DNA of 64,000 nt, taken from positions 11,921 through 75,920 of the forward strand of contig JBGCEP010000030.1 of assembly GCA_045106415.1 (NCBI GenBank), in the 5' to 3' direction. The translations under genes and the position numbers were made by a program. Under the pieces are notes generated by a model. It searched no databases, was not told where the DNA came from, and saw only the letters and a list, made by a program, of their open reading frames with translations. This document shows positions 27,435 through 36,864 of the stretch, piece after piece (position 1 is the first letter of the stretch; each line of letters begins with the position of its first letter). The DNA comes from Oligoflexales bacterium (GTDB lineage: Bacteria; Bdellovibrionota_B; Oligoflexia; Oligoflexales; Bog-1112).

Positions 27435-29492
27435 TCAGTTGGTCGTCGCAGTATCACCACGAGCAAAAATACTAGCTACAAAAGAAAGAATATCTGTTGA
27501 GCAAATTTCGCAGTAGCCATAATTTTTTATTAATCGGTTTTTCACCACATCAATTTTCTTTTGAGTCTCACGATCAACAACATTTGACACAAGAGTTGTT
27601 AATTTAATCGTATCTTTTTGATCTTCAAAAAGCTTCAGCTCTAAAGCTTTGTGTAGTCTTTCATTTGTTCTAAAGTCAAATGATTTCCCCTCTAGAGCAA
27701 GAGCACCAATATAGTTCATAATTTCACGCCGGAAATCATCTTTTCGGCTTTCTGACACATCAATTTTATCTTCAATCGACCTCATCAGCCTCTCATCAGG
27801 ATCTTCATCAGAACCAGTATAAGGGTTCCGAATTTTTTCTCGCTGAACATAAGCTTTTACATTATCAATATAATTTCCACAAAGCTTATCAATACCAGCT
27901 TCATCGGCTGATATCGCACGTTGGACTTCATGCTTCACAATATCTTCGTACTCTCTTTTAACCTCTGTTAAAAGCTCTTGATATCGTGAACGCACTTCTG
28001 GATTATTAATCAACGAATGGCCTTTAAGGCCTGCTGATAGTTCATTCATGATGATAAATGGATTAATACACCCATCGCCACGATTTGTAATTAATGCATT
28101 CGAAATTTTATCCTGGATATAGCGTGGGCTAATACCATCAAGACCTTCACGATCAGCATCTTTTCTTAATTCTTTTACATTATCTTCTGTAAAATGTTGT
28201 GATGTTCTTCCATTGTAAAGTTTTAGCTTCTGTAACAATGTAAGGTTTGCTTTTTTTGGTTCTTCTAATCGCGTTAAAATTGCCCACATAGAAGCCATTT
28301 CTATAGTATGAGGCGCGATGTGAATATGAGGAACTGTTTCAGCGTTGAAATCTTTTTTATAAATTTTAACTTCTTCGTCAAGCGTTGTAATATACGGAAC
28401 ATCAATTTTAACAGTTCTATCTCGCAACGCTTCCATAAACTCATTACTTTGCAATTTACGATATTCTGGTTCATTCGTATGGCCAAGAATAACTTCATCA
28501 ATTGTTGTCTGAGCAAACTTTTTAGGCTTCACTCTATGCTCTTGAGAAGCAGTTAAAAGATCATATAAAAAAGCAACATCTAACTTTAAGACCTCAATAA
28601 ACTCAATAATTCCTCGATTTGCAATATTGAACTCACCATCAAAGTTAAAAGCTCTAGGATCAGAATCAGACCCATATGTTGCGATCTTTCTATAGTTAAT
28701 ATCTCCGGTCAATTCAGTTGAGTCTTGGTTTTTTTCATCTTTAGGTTGAAACGTTCCAATTCCAACTCGGTCTCTTTCAGAAATAACTAAACGCTTTACT
28801 CGAATATGTTTTTCTACCATAGCGTTCCAATCACCACGGTAGTGCTCAATCAAACATTCATACGTGTGACGACATGCAGGACAGAGTTCACCTTCAATAA
28901 CGAGCGCTTTACGGCGATCACGCCCTCTATTGAATTCTTCAACAAATTGAGCTCTTTGTTTTTCTGGAATCACATGAAGAGGGTCCTCATGCATAGGGCA
29001 CGGCATCTCATCTTCCATTTTCAAGACAGATTCCAGATTCGTCCACACATAAGTATACAAAGCACCATCAGGCGTTTTTGAGTAGGCTTCATAACCTTTT
29101 TTTAGCAAACGAGCTATTGTCGATTTTGCGCTTCCCACAGGACCATGAAGAAGTATAACTCTTTTTTCAGGGCCAAAACGATAAGCGCCTGATTTAATAA
29201 TGTTCACAAGTTTCTGTAAATGAACATCTAAACCAAAAACAGCATCACGTCCATTCTCAATAGGATCTTCAAAAAATTTCCAGTGTGTGATCTTCTTTTT
29301 ATACTGTGTGTGTTGAGAATAACCATATGACGCAATCATATCGTAAAGACGTTGAAATGCTGTCCGTGCTATTTCAGGGTTTTCAACAACCATGTCCATA
29401 TATTGTCGAAAACTACCTTCCCAACGCAATTCTTCATGCTCTTCTTGAAGACCTTGCTGTGAAATAAGACTATAGAGTCTATCCGAGTCCAT
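27435..29492 (-). CDS. prkA: PrkA/YeaG family serine protein kinase
   Basis: 685 aa. It contains ..[13 protein letters not shown] (P-loop) and conserved PrkA AAA and C-terminal regions. Confidence 0.95.
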   Translation of the reverse strand: MDSDRLYSLISQQGLQEEHEELRWEGSFRQYMDMVVENPEIARTAFQRLYDMIASYGYSQHTQYKKKITHWKFFEDPIENGRDAVFGLDVHLQKLVNIIKSGAYRFGPEKRVILLHGPVGSAKSTIARLLKKGYEAYSKTPDGALYTYVWTNLESVLKMEDEMPCPMHEDPLHVIPEKQRAQFVEEFNRGRDRRKALVIEGELCPACRHTYECLIEHYRGDWNAMVEKHIRVKRLVISERDRVGIGTFQPKDEKNQDSTELTGDINYRKIATYGSDSDPRAFNFDGEFNIANRGIIEFIEVLKLDVAFLYDLLTASQEHRVKPKKFAQTTIDEVILGHTNEPEYRKLQSNEFMEALRDRTVKIDVPYITTLDEEVKIYKKDFNAETVPHIHIAPHTIEMASMWAILTRLEEPKKANLTLLQKLKLYNGRTSQHFTEDNVKELRKDADREGLDGISPRYIQDKISNALITNRGDGCINPFIIMNELSAGLKGHSLINNPEVRSRYQELLTEVKREYEDIVKHEVQRAISADEAGIDKLCGNYIDNVKAYVQREKIRNPYTGSDEDPDERLMRSIEDKIDVSESRKDDFRREIMNYIGALALEGKSFDFRTNERLHKALELKLFEDQKDTIKLTTLVSNVVDRETQKKIDVVKNRLIKNYGYCEICSTDILSFVASIFARGDTATTN

Positions 29493-29986
29493 GAAGAAAC
29501 CTCATACAATAAACAATTGGTAACGATTAAATGGTAGTTCTAGGATATGTTCCAATACCAATATGTGTCAAAGGACTCAAATGGTGAGATCTGCCTACTT
29601 TGTGACGGGAAAAACAATATTTTTATACATCAAGATGCTTCATTTTTTTAAAAAAATCACTAAATATATAATATTCAAAATATATAAACCGTTTATTATA
29701 TGAACATCATATATAAATATTTTTTTTACACACAACAACCAAGCATTCCTTTTATCCAAAATCATTCACAAGCCACATAACAAAGCACAGTCTTATTTAC
29801 ACACTCATACATACCAAATATTGCTTTAAAAATGGATTCATCAGCTTCTTGAAATTATTAATACGTAAATAAAATCATCTAATGCTCTATCTTTGAATTT
29901 TTACAATCTTATATTTTATATAAAAAAAATTCTGAGTCCGTAAAAAGAGACTGACTGTTAAAAAGTTAGAGCCAATCTCTTTTTAC

Positions 29987-31091
29987 TTAAAGCTTCACTG
30001 CATTCTTTTGTAAAAAAGATTGAATAAAAGCCATGATATCACCATCTAAAACTTGCTCTGGGGAGTGAGACTCTTGTGCAGTTCTATGATCTTTCACCAT
30101 TTTATAAGGGTGTAAAACATAGCTACGAATTTGGCTTCCAAAACCAATTTCACTTTTTGAGTTTTCAAGTTCTTTTTGTTTTGCTTGCCGCTTCTCAAGC
30201 TCAATTTCATAAAGCCGACTCCGCAACATTTTCATGGCCGTTTCTCGGTTCTGATGTTGAGACCTTTGACTTTGACACTGTACAACCACACCAGAAGGTT
30301 CATGCGTCAACCGAACAGCGGAGTCCGTTCTGTTCACATGTTGCCCACCAGCACCACTTGCACGGTACGTATCCACACGAAGATCCGCAGGATTAACTTC
30401 AATTTCAATATTGTCATCAATCACAGGCGTCACATAAATAGATGCAAAACTTGTATGACGGCGAGCATTAGAGTCAAAAGGAGAAATGCGCACAAGACGA
30501 TGCACACCTGACTCAGCATTCAAAATTCCAAATGCAAACTCTCCTCGAAGCTCTAATGTTGCACTTCGAATACCAGCCTCATCACCATCTTGAACATCAT
30601 GTATCTCGACATCCCACTGCTTACGCGCCGCAAATCTCAAGTACATTCTCATCAGCATGGAAGCCCAATCACAACTTTCAGTGCCTCCAGCTCCAGCGTT
30701 GATTGTTACCAGTGCATGACATTGATCCGCTTCACCCCCAAGAAGGCTTTCCGTCTCAATGGCGTCGAGCAAAATTTGCAAATCATTTAAGGAGTTTATT
30801 GCTTCTTCTAAGAACTCTTCTCCATCTGTAGCAAGCTCTAAGGCTGCTGCAATATCGGAATTCAGCGCATCAATTTTCTCAGACTTCGCCAGTTTGTCCT
30901 CAAGCTGCTTTTTCTCACGCAATAAATCCGCGGACCTTGCCGCATCATTCCACAAATCAGGATCCGCATTCATTGTATCTGTAATATCTTGCAAGCGCTG
31001 TGTCGTATCAGCAGTGTCAAAGACACCTCCGTAAATGGGTGGATCTTTCTGCTATTTCTTTCGCTTGACTGTTCAGCGTTTCAATATCCAC
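29987..31091 (-). CDS. prfB: Peptide chain release factor 2, expressed through a programmed +1 frameshift
   Basis: The track ORF (29987..30994) lacks the N-terminus. From GTG 31091 (AGGAG SD), frame 0 encodes MDIETLNSQAKEIAERSTHLRRCL and then hits TGA. A +1 shift at CTT TGA C joins it to DTADTTQRLQDITDTMNADPDLW... The product carries SPF and GGQ motifs. Confidence 0.9.
31016..31030 (-). other. RF2 programmed +1 frameshift site
   Basis: The minus strand reads GGAGGTGT CTT TGA C. An internal SD-like GGAGG precedes the slippery CTT and the in-frame UGA followed by C, as in E. coli prfB. Confidence 0.85.
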
Positions 31092-31120
31092 TGTATCTCC
31101 TTGATATTATTATGTGTTCA

Positions 31121-31150
31121 TTGACACAATCGTCATCATGAAAGTACCAT
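31121..31150 (+). promoter_or_regulatory. Candidate sigma70-type promoter for flbD-motAB
   Basis: TTGACA (31121-31126), an 18-nt spacer and TACCAT (31145-31150), 24 nt upstream of the flbD ATG. Confidence 0.35.
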
Positions 31151-31173
31151 GGAAGTAATGACCATTCCAACGG

Positions 31174-31407
31174 ATGTTTTCTTTGATACTCGTCACTCGA
31201 CTTGATAATTCCAAACTTTTAGTCAATCTCGATAATGTAAAATATATCGAATCGACTCCTGATACTTTAATCCGTTTTATGAACGGAGACTCTCTTATGG
31301 TGTTAGAGAGTTTAGAGGAAGTTCAAAACCGGGCTCTCTTTGCTATGCAAAAATTTATGACAGACACACACAAACAACCACAGAATTTTCAACCTGAGGT
31401 ACTCTAA
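31174..31407 (+). CDS. flbD: Flagellar protein FlbD
   Basis: 77 aa. The sequence ..LILVTRLDNSKLLVNLDNVKYIESTPDTLIRFMNGDSLMVLESLEEV fits the FlbD family pattern. It lies directly upstream of motA, with a TAATG overlap. Confidence 0.8.
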   Translation: MFSLILVTRLDNSKLLVNLDNVKYIESTPDTLIRFMNGDSLMVLESLEEVQNRALFAMQKFMTDTHKQPQNFQPEVL

Positions 31408-32162
31408 TGGATATCACCAGCCTTCTCGGACCTATTGTTGCATTAGGAGCTATCGGAGTCGGATTGATTCTCGAAGGTGGCCACGTGTCATCCGTTATTC
31501 AATTCACTGCATTTTTGATTGTTATTGGTGGCATGGTTGGTTCTATTATGGTGGCCTACCCTATGGGTGACCTCATTAATGCTTTAAAGTCTTTAGGTAC
31601 TTTCATGAAAAGCCCTAAGGCTGACCCTGATCAAATCTTTGCAGAAATCATGGAGCTTGCACAAATTGCTCGTCAAGAATCGGTTCTCGCATTAGAAAAA
31701 AAACGCGCAGACATCAGCTACCCTCCGTTAGCAAAAGCAATTCGACTCGCTGTTGATGGCACTGATCCAACTATTATCCGTGACGCACTTGAAACAGCTC
31801 AACATGTAGCTCTTGAGGAAGAAGAGGTCTACGTTCACTTCTGGGAAGATTGTGGCGCAATCGCACCAACCATTGGTATTCTTGGAGCTGTTTTAGGTTT
31901 GATTCACGTTATGGAAAATCTGGACAAACCTGAAATGATTGGACCTGGTATCGCTGTTGCATTCGTTGCAACTCTTTATGGTGTAGGCTTTGCAAATATA
32001 TTTTTCCTACCTATCGGAAAAAAAATAAAAAGAAAAGCAGTGATGGACTCAATGGCACAAGAGATGGTCATTATCGGTGTTGAAGGAATTCTTGCTGGCC
32101 TTAACCCAAAAGTTCTTCAAGAAAAGCTTTCTTGCTTTGTTAACGAAGCTCAAGAAGAGTAG
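31407..32162 (+). CDS. motA: Flagellar stator protein MotA/PomA
   Basis: 251 aa with 4 TM segments. The conserved C-terminal TM3/4 region is ..AFVATLYGVGFANIFFLPIG.K. Confidence 0.9.
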   Translation: MDITSLLGPIVALGAIGVGLILEGGHVSSVIQFTAFLIVIGGMVGSIMVAYPMGDLINALKSLGTFMKSPKADPDQIFAEIMELAQIARQESVLALEKKRADISYPPLAKAIRLAVDGTDPTIIRDALETAQHVALEEEEVYVHFWEDCGAIAPTIGILGAVLGLIHVMENLDKPEMIGPGIAVAFVATLYGVGFANIFFLPIGKKIKRKAVMDSMAQEMVIIGVEGILAGLNPKVLQEKLSCFVNEAQEE

Positions 32163-32167
32163 AAAAG

Positions 32168-32983
32168 ATGGCAAAAAAAAAATGTCCAGAATTTGAAAAC
32201 CACGAAAGATGGCTTGTCAGCTACGCCGACATGCTCACACTACTTTTCGCAGTATTTGTTGTTCTTTTCGCCCTCAAAGACGGTGGGGGGGGAGAAGAAA
32301 CTCAAGAGACAGCAGGCTCTATGCAAGAAAGCTTTAGTACACCTCTTGAAGATATTCCTATTGATAGAAAAACGGGATCTCTACCGAATGGAGGAAGCGT
32401 TTTTGAGTACTTTCAAGGCGAAAATGTAACACCACCACCTATTCAGAAATATGATGATCAAAAACAAGAAAAAGGTCTTATCGACACTGAGATGCATAAA
32501 TTTAAAACACAGTTAGAGAATCGGCTTTATGGCCCTCATAAATTTAGAAGTCATGATGAATCAGGAAACTCTAGGCTTGTTGAAATCCGACGTTCGTCCA
32601 CAGGTTTTCAGCTCAAAATACTTGCGCGACACTTCTATGATGAAGGTGAGATTGACGTTAAAAAAACGGCTATCCCCCAAGTCGATAAAGTCATCACAAT
32701 GCTTAAAAAATTAAGGCGCACCGTCGTAATCGAAGGACACACTGATAATTTACCAACAAAAGGTCGCTGGTCAAACTGGGATGTCTCTGCTTTACGAGCC
32801 ACTCATTTAGTTAAGTACATGATAGAAAAACATAAATTCCCCCAGTCAAAACTTGCCGCCTCGGGGTATGGGGATACTCGACCGATTGCACATAACGGGA
32901 CACAAGAGGGACGCCAACTTAACAGACGGATAGAAATTCATGTTCATTATGATCGCTCTAAGCATCACGATCCTCTGCGCTGA
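32168..32983 (+). CDS. motB: Flagellar stator protein MotB/PomB (OmpA-like C-terminus)
   Basis: The N-terminus WLVSYADMLTLLFAVFVVLF contains the channel Asp. The C-terminus reads IEGHTDN.P......SNWDVSALRA..V..Y..YGDTRP.A.N....GR..NRRIEI. Confidence 0.9.
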   Translation: MAKKKCPEFENHERWLVSYADMLTLLFAVFVVLFALKDGGGGEETQETAGSMQESFSTPLEDIPIDRKTGSLPNGGSVFEYFQGENVTPPPIQKYDDQKQEKGLIDTEMHKFKTQLENRLYGPHKFRSHDESGNSRLVEIRRSSTGFQLKILARHFYDEGEIDVKKTAIPQVDKVITMLKKLRRTVVIEGHTDNLPTKGRWSNWDVSALRATHLVKYMIEKHKFPQSKLAASGYGDTRPIAHNGTQEGRQLNRRIEIHVHYDRSKHHDPLR

Positions 32984-35195
32984 ACAAGCGCAAAGCACCC
33001 CTATATCTCAAAAAGATTTTTTGAAAATCATTAAAAACTACAGCATTATTGCTGATTTTTCTCAAAAAAATCCTGACCGCAACCTTGTCAAAGAAACTAT
33101 TTTTTGGCAATACCCTTGGGAATTACCAAAAATTTCTTTTCCATTTGTAAAAAACTTTGGAGATGAAAAATTTCTACTAAACTCTCCAGGCACTGGTCGA
33201 CCTTATGAACACATCAACCGGGGCCGACAATTTTACCTGAAAGGCGACTATGAAGAAGCTAAAGATACATGGCTATCAAATCGAATGAGATATGGATCTA
33301 GTTGGGATTTCCATAGAAGAAATGATCTTTATGTTGGATTTAGTTTTTATAAAATGGGTCAAAAAGCAGAACAAGCAGAAGGCGCTTTTTCACAGCAAGC
33401 AAAAACCTATTACTCACATTCATCAACATTCTTAACTTGGGCTTTTTCAAGAAAAAAACAGATCCCAGATCCCATGATTGACAAGTTAATGCCAGAAGGC
33501 TCTTATCAACTCACTGCAATGTACTTTAAATATGACCAATACAAAAAAGCCAACCATATGGCTGAAGCCGGGCTTGAACACATCGAAAACGTGGGTGCAA
33601 CATCAAAAACAAGATATTACAGAGCTGATCTTAGGCGTATTTTAGCTGAGACTATGATCAAAAACAGAGCATATCCACCAGCCATTATTCAACTCGACAG
33701 AGCTTTACGACAAGATCCTGACCCTTATCGCGCTGCACTCATTTTTTCACGCATCGGTGACATTTATTTTGACTTGAACAACTATGAACTTGCAGAAGAC
33801 ATGTATCATTTAAGTATTCGTGTTCAAAGAGAACATCAATCTCTAGCTCCATCACAACTTGCTCTGCAAGCAGAATCTTTTTTTTGGATGAAAAAATTCT
33901 CTAAAGCACAAGAAATTTTTCAACGATCTCTTGATAGTTATGGAACACACACAGATGTCTTGCCAGTACAAACACGACCGTGGGTTTTACTACGTATTGC
34001 AGATGCTTTTCTTGCTCGATCATACCTTAAAGACACAACAGAGAAAGAAAAAATGGAACTTCAACACCAAGCTGTTGTCCAGTACTCTAAGGTTGCACAT
34101 CATTTCCCAAATCATGAAGCAGCACAAATAGCAGAGCTTCGATCAACTTGTCTCCAATTCCCTAAATATCAAAAAAAGAATGTGATACACGCAAGAAATA
34201 AGATGCATTCACTCAGGCGAGAGAAAATACCCTTTCTTGCCCATGAAATGTCATGGGATTGTGAAATAAACTCTTACATTTCAAGAGAAAGCGGAGAAAT
34301 CATTATAGAAAAAGTAAAAGAATTCCTCAGTCATTATCCGGATTCAGAGCGATCAAAAAAATGGATTGAGCCCGTAAGAAACGCACAAGCTATAAAAATT
34401 TATAAATACATACAACAAAAAGATGATTACGGCACAATCGGTTTTTACCTTGCTAATCGCGACACTCTTTTTCAAAAAGTTGATCCTAAACTCGCAAAAA
34501 TTCTATTCAAAATATTCATCACCCTTGGTAAGCAAGAAGATGCGCATCATCTATACGAAACATTCAAAAACCACATAGAAACAGATCATGATAAATTAAT
34601 ACAAGCTGTATATATCGTCGAAAACGAAAATATGAATAAAAATGGTCTAGCTGAAGATCTAACCATTCATCACACAGAGGAACATGAATTTCTACTAACA
34701 AGAATTCTTCAATCAAAACATGGACACTTTCTCACTCCTTGGGTTTTCAAAATAAAAAATCAGTGGGAAAAAAATCCTATTCTATTATGTGATCAAATAT
34801 TACCACTCCTTTCCTCATGGCCACACAATACTGAAACAGAAATGCGAGATAAAACAGTCATAGAAATAGCAGAACAAGAACTTCCTGACCTCCTTACAGA
34901 TGATGAAGTATGTGGCATCACCCTTCTTGATTTAGAGCTCGAACAAGCCATTGATAGAAGAGATGCTCATCGTCTCGCCTTGTGGACCAAAAGAACATCT
35001 TGGCCATTAACACCGTCGATCCTCAGAATTCAATGGATAGCAGCAGAAAAGCTTTATGAGCTTGGTAGAAAAAAAGACGCTGAATTTTTATGGTCCTACA
35101 TCTCCAAGCAACCTCTTCAGACTTATGAAGTCAAATTTTCAAAAGCACGACTTCAAGATATCCACACAGAGCATAATTCTCTATGGGAAAAATAG
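32940..35195 (+). CDS. Large periplasmic TPR-like repeat protein, function unknown
   Basis: 751 aa with signal MFIMIALSITILCAEQAQS. Recurring TPR-like helices are present (GDYEEAKDTW, YKKANHMAEAGL, NYELAEDMYHLSI, KFSKAQEIFQRSL). The start overlaps motB by 44 nt. Confidence 0.6.
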   Translation: MFIMIALSITILCAEQAQSTPISQKDFLKIIKNYSIIADFSQKNPDRNLVKETIFWQYPWELPKISFPFVKNFGDEKFLLNSPGTGRPYEHINRGRQFYLKGDYEEAKDTWLSNRMRYGSSWDFHRRNDLYVGFSFYKMGQKAEQAEGAFSQQAKTYYSHSSTFLTWAFSRKKQIPDPMIDKLMPEGSYQLTAMYFKYDQYKKANHMAEAGLEHIENVGATSKTRYYRADLRRILAETMIKNRAYPPAIIQLDRALRQDPDPYRAALIFSRIGDIYFDLNNYELAEDMYHLSIRVQREHQSLAPSQLALQAESFFWMKKFSKAQEIFQRSLDSYGTHTDVLPVQTRPWVLLRIADAFLARSYLKDTTEKEKMELQHQAVVQYSKVAHHFPNHEAAQIAELRSTCLQFPKYQKKNVIHARNKMHSLRREKIPFLAHEMSWDCEINSYISRESGEIIIEKVKEFLSHYPDSERSKKWIEPVRNAQAIKIYKYIQQKDDYGTIGFYLANRDTLFQKVDPKLAKILFKIFITLGKQEDAHHLYETFKNHIETDHDKLIQAVYIVENENMNKNGLAEDLTIHHTEEHEFLLTRILQSKHGHFLTPWVFKIKNQWEKNPILLCDQILPLLSSWPHNTETEMRDKTVIEIAEQELPDLLTDDEVCGITLLDLELEQAIDRRDAHRLALWTKRTSWPLTPSILRIQWIAAEKLYELGRKKDAEFLWSYISKQPLQTYEVKFSKARLQDIHTEHNSLWEK

Positions 35196-35207
35196 CTTTA
35201 TTTTCAG

Positions 35208-35215
35208 CACGATAA
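35208..35215 (+). promoter_or_regulatory. Weak candidate sigma28 (FliA) -10 element upstream of the chemoreceptor gene
   Basis: CACGATAA matches the GCCGATAA consensus at 6 of 8 positions, with the CGATAA core intact. The -35 is poor (AAAAATAG versus TAAAGTTT at N11). Confidence 0.2.
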
Positions 35216-35279
35216 ACACATGTAATTTCACTAAACATAAAAAAAAACCGAGAATATAACCATAGACTGTGGAGGTTTT

Positions 35280-36851
35280 ATGAGTAAACAGGAATTGAGC
35301 AAGCCTTTTTTGAGTATAGTGATTGCAGTATTCTCTCTTATTGCAATCATCCTTATGCCTCTATGGGCGCACGCTGAATCATTCTACACATCAACTTTAG
35401 CTCTTTTAGCTTTAGTAACAGGATCTTTTGCAATAGCAAGATTACAGCATTTATCGCAACAAGAAATGCCTGAATCAGATGTAGATGAGAATAGAATTCG
35501 GGGTGAATATGAAAGTGAGTTTAGAACGCAAAAGCTAGATCTCGAAGCTCAGCTGCAATCGTTTACTCTTAAACTTCGAGATGCTGATACTCAAATATCA
35601 AAATTCAAAGTTCTCATAGATGAAAGTAAGAATCGTGAAACAGTGCTTCAAAAAGAAGTTGCAGAACTACAATCGCAAACAAAAACGAATGGTCAGAGTA
35701 GCGGACCTGGTGTTGCTTCTATTTTTGAAATTCGATCCAAAGACTTAATTTCACGACTTGGAGAGAAAGACGAACAACTCACTTCACAGGAATCTCTATT
35801 AAAAAAGATTCAACATCTCATACCTGAAATTAAAGGGCAGCTCAATCAAGTCGTTAAACACACAGAGTCAAGCGCTATTGAAATTGGGGATAAAGTTCGC
35901 TCTATTTATGAAAAAGCGCAACGTAATCTCGCTGAATCAAATGAGATTAATCGCCAGTTTTCAGGTGCTCAAATTTCTTCTGAAGAAAGTGATGCTCCTC
36001 AGCAGCAGTCCCTCTCAACAGTCCTTGAAAGCGCACTCAGCCTTCTCACGGAAATGACTGAAATGCTCGAAGAAAACAGCTCACTCAATATAGAATATTC
36101 TGAGTCGATTGAGGTCATTCTTGAAAACACAGCAACAATTAATAAAATTACAGAAGATATTCAATACATTTCAGATCAAACAAACCTCCTAGCTCTCAAT
36201 GCAGCAATTGAAGCTGCACGAGCAGGTGAGCATGGTCGAGGATTTAGTGTTGTTGCAGAAGAGGTCCGAAAACTATCTGACAGAACAAACCAAGCCTCCA
36301 ATGACATTACTCAAATTGTTGGTAAAGTAAATAATTCTGTGCAAGCCATTGCGAACTCATTAACTGATAAATTAAAGAAAACAAAGGGTAAAAAAGAGTC
36401 TGTTGATAACGCTGTTGAGCTTCTTTTAAATACAGCTAAAGAATCGACAGAAGTTTTTGCTCAGCTTGTATCAAACTCTGTATCAAGCTCTGAGAGTGTT
36501 GCTAAGAATATTGATCAGATCATTACGAGTCTTCAATTCCAAGATATCACACGCCAAGAAATAGAATCAGTCATACGACCGCTTGGACAGATCAACGAAT
36601 TTGCAGATGATTTGGTGGATAAGCTTCGAGGGTTAAAATCAGATGGAGCTTCTGCTCCAACTTCACCTAGCTCTGAAGAACGAGTAGCAAGCGCTCCGAA
36701 TCCACCTCCAGCAGAACCTGTTAAAACAGACACACCCTCACCAGAGACTGTGAAAGTAGAAGCCCCGACTCCAGCGGAAGCGGCAGCACCACCTCCAGCT
36801 GAAGCGGACGCAGATGAAGCTGCTGCCCCAAAAGAAGTTCTCTTCTTCTAG
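35280..36851 (+). CDS. Methyl-accepting chemotaxis protein
   Basis: Two N-terminal TM segments flank a minimal loop, followed by a long coiled coil. The signalling hairpin is [40 protein letters not shown]. The C-terminal tail is Pro- and Ala-rich. Confidence 0.9.
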   Translation: MSKQELSKPFLSIVIAVFSLIAIILMPLWAHAESFYTSTLALLALVTGSFAIARLQHLSQQEMPESDVDENRIRGEYESEFRTQKLDLEAQLQSFTLKLRDADTQISKFKVLIDESKNRETVLQKEVAELQSQTKTNGQSSGPGVASIFEIRSKDLISRLGEKDEQLTSQESLLKKIQHLIPEIKGQLNQVVKHTESSAIEIGDKVRSIYEKAQRNLAESNEINRQFSGAQISSEESDAPQQQSLSTVLESALSLLTEMTEMLEENSSLNIEYSESIEVILENTATINKITEDIQYISDQTNLLALNAAIEAARAGEHGRGFSVVAEEVRKLSDRTNQASNDITQIVGKVNNSVQAIANSLTDKLKKTKGKKESVDNAVELLLNTAKESTEVFAQLVSNSVSSSESVAKNIDQIITSLQFQDITRQEIESVIRPLGQINEFADDLVDKLRGLKSDGASAPTSPSSEERVASAPNPPPAEPVKTDTPSPETVKVEAPTPAEAAAPPPAEADADEAAAPKEVLFF

Positions 36852-36864
36852 AAAAAAAACGTTT

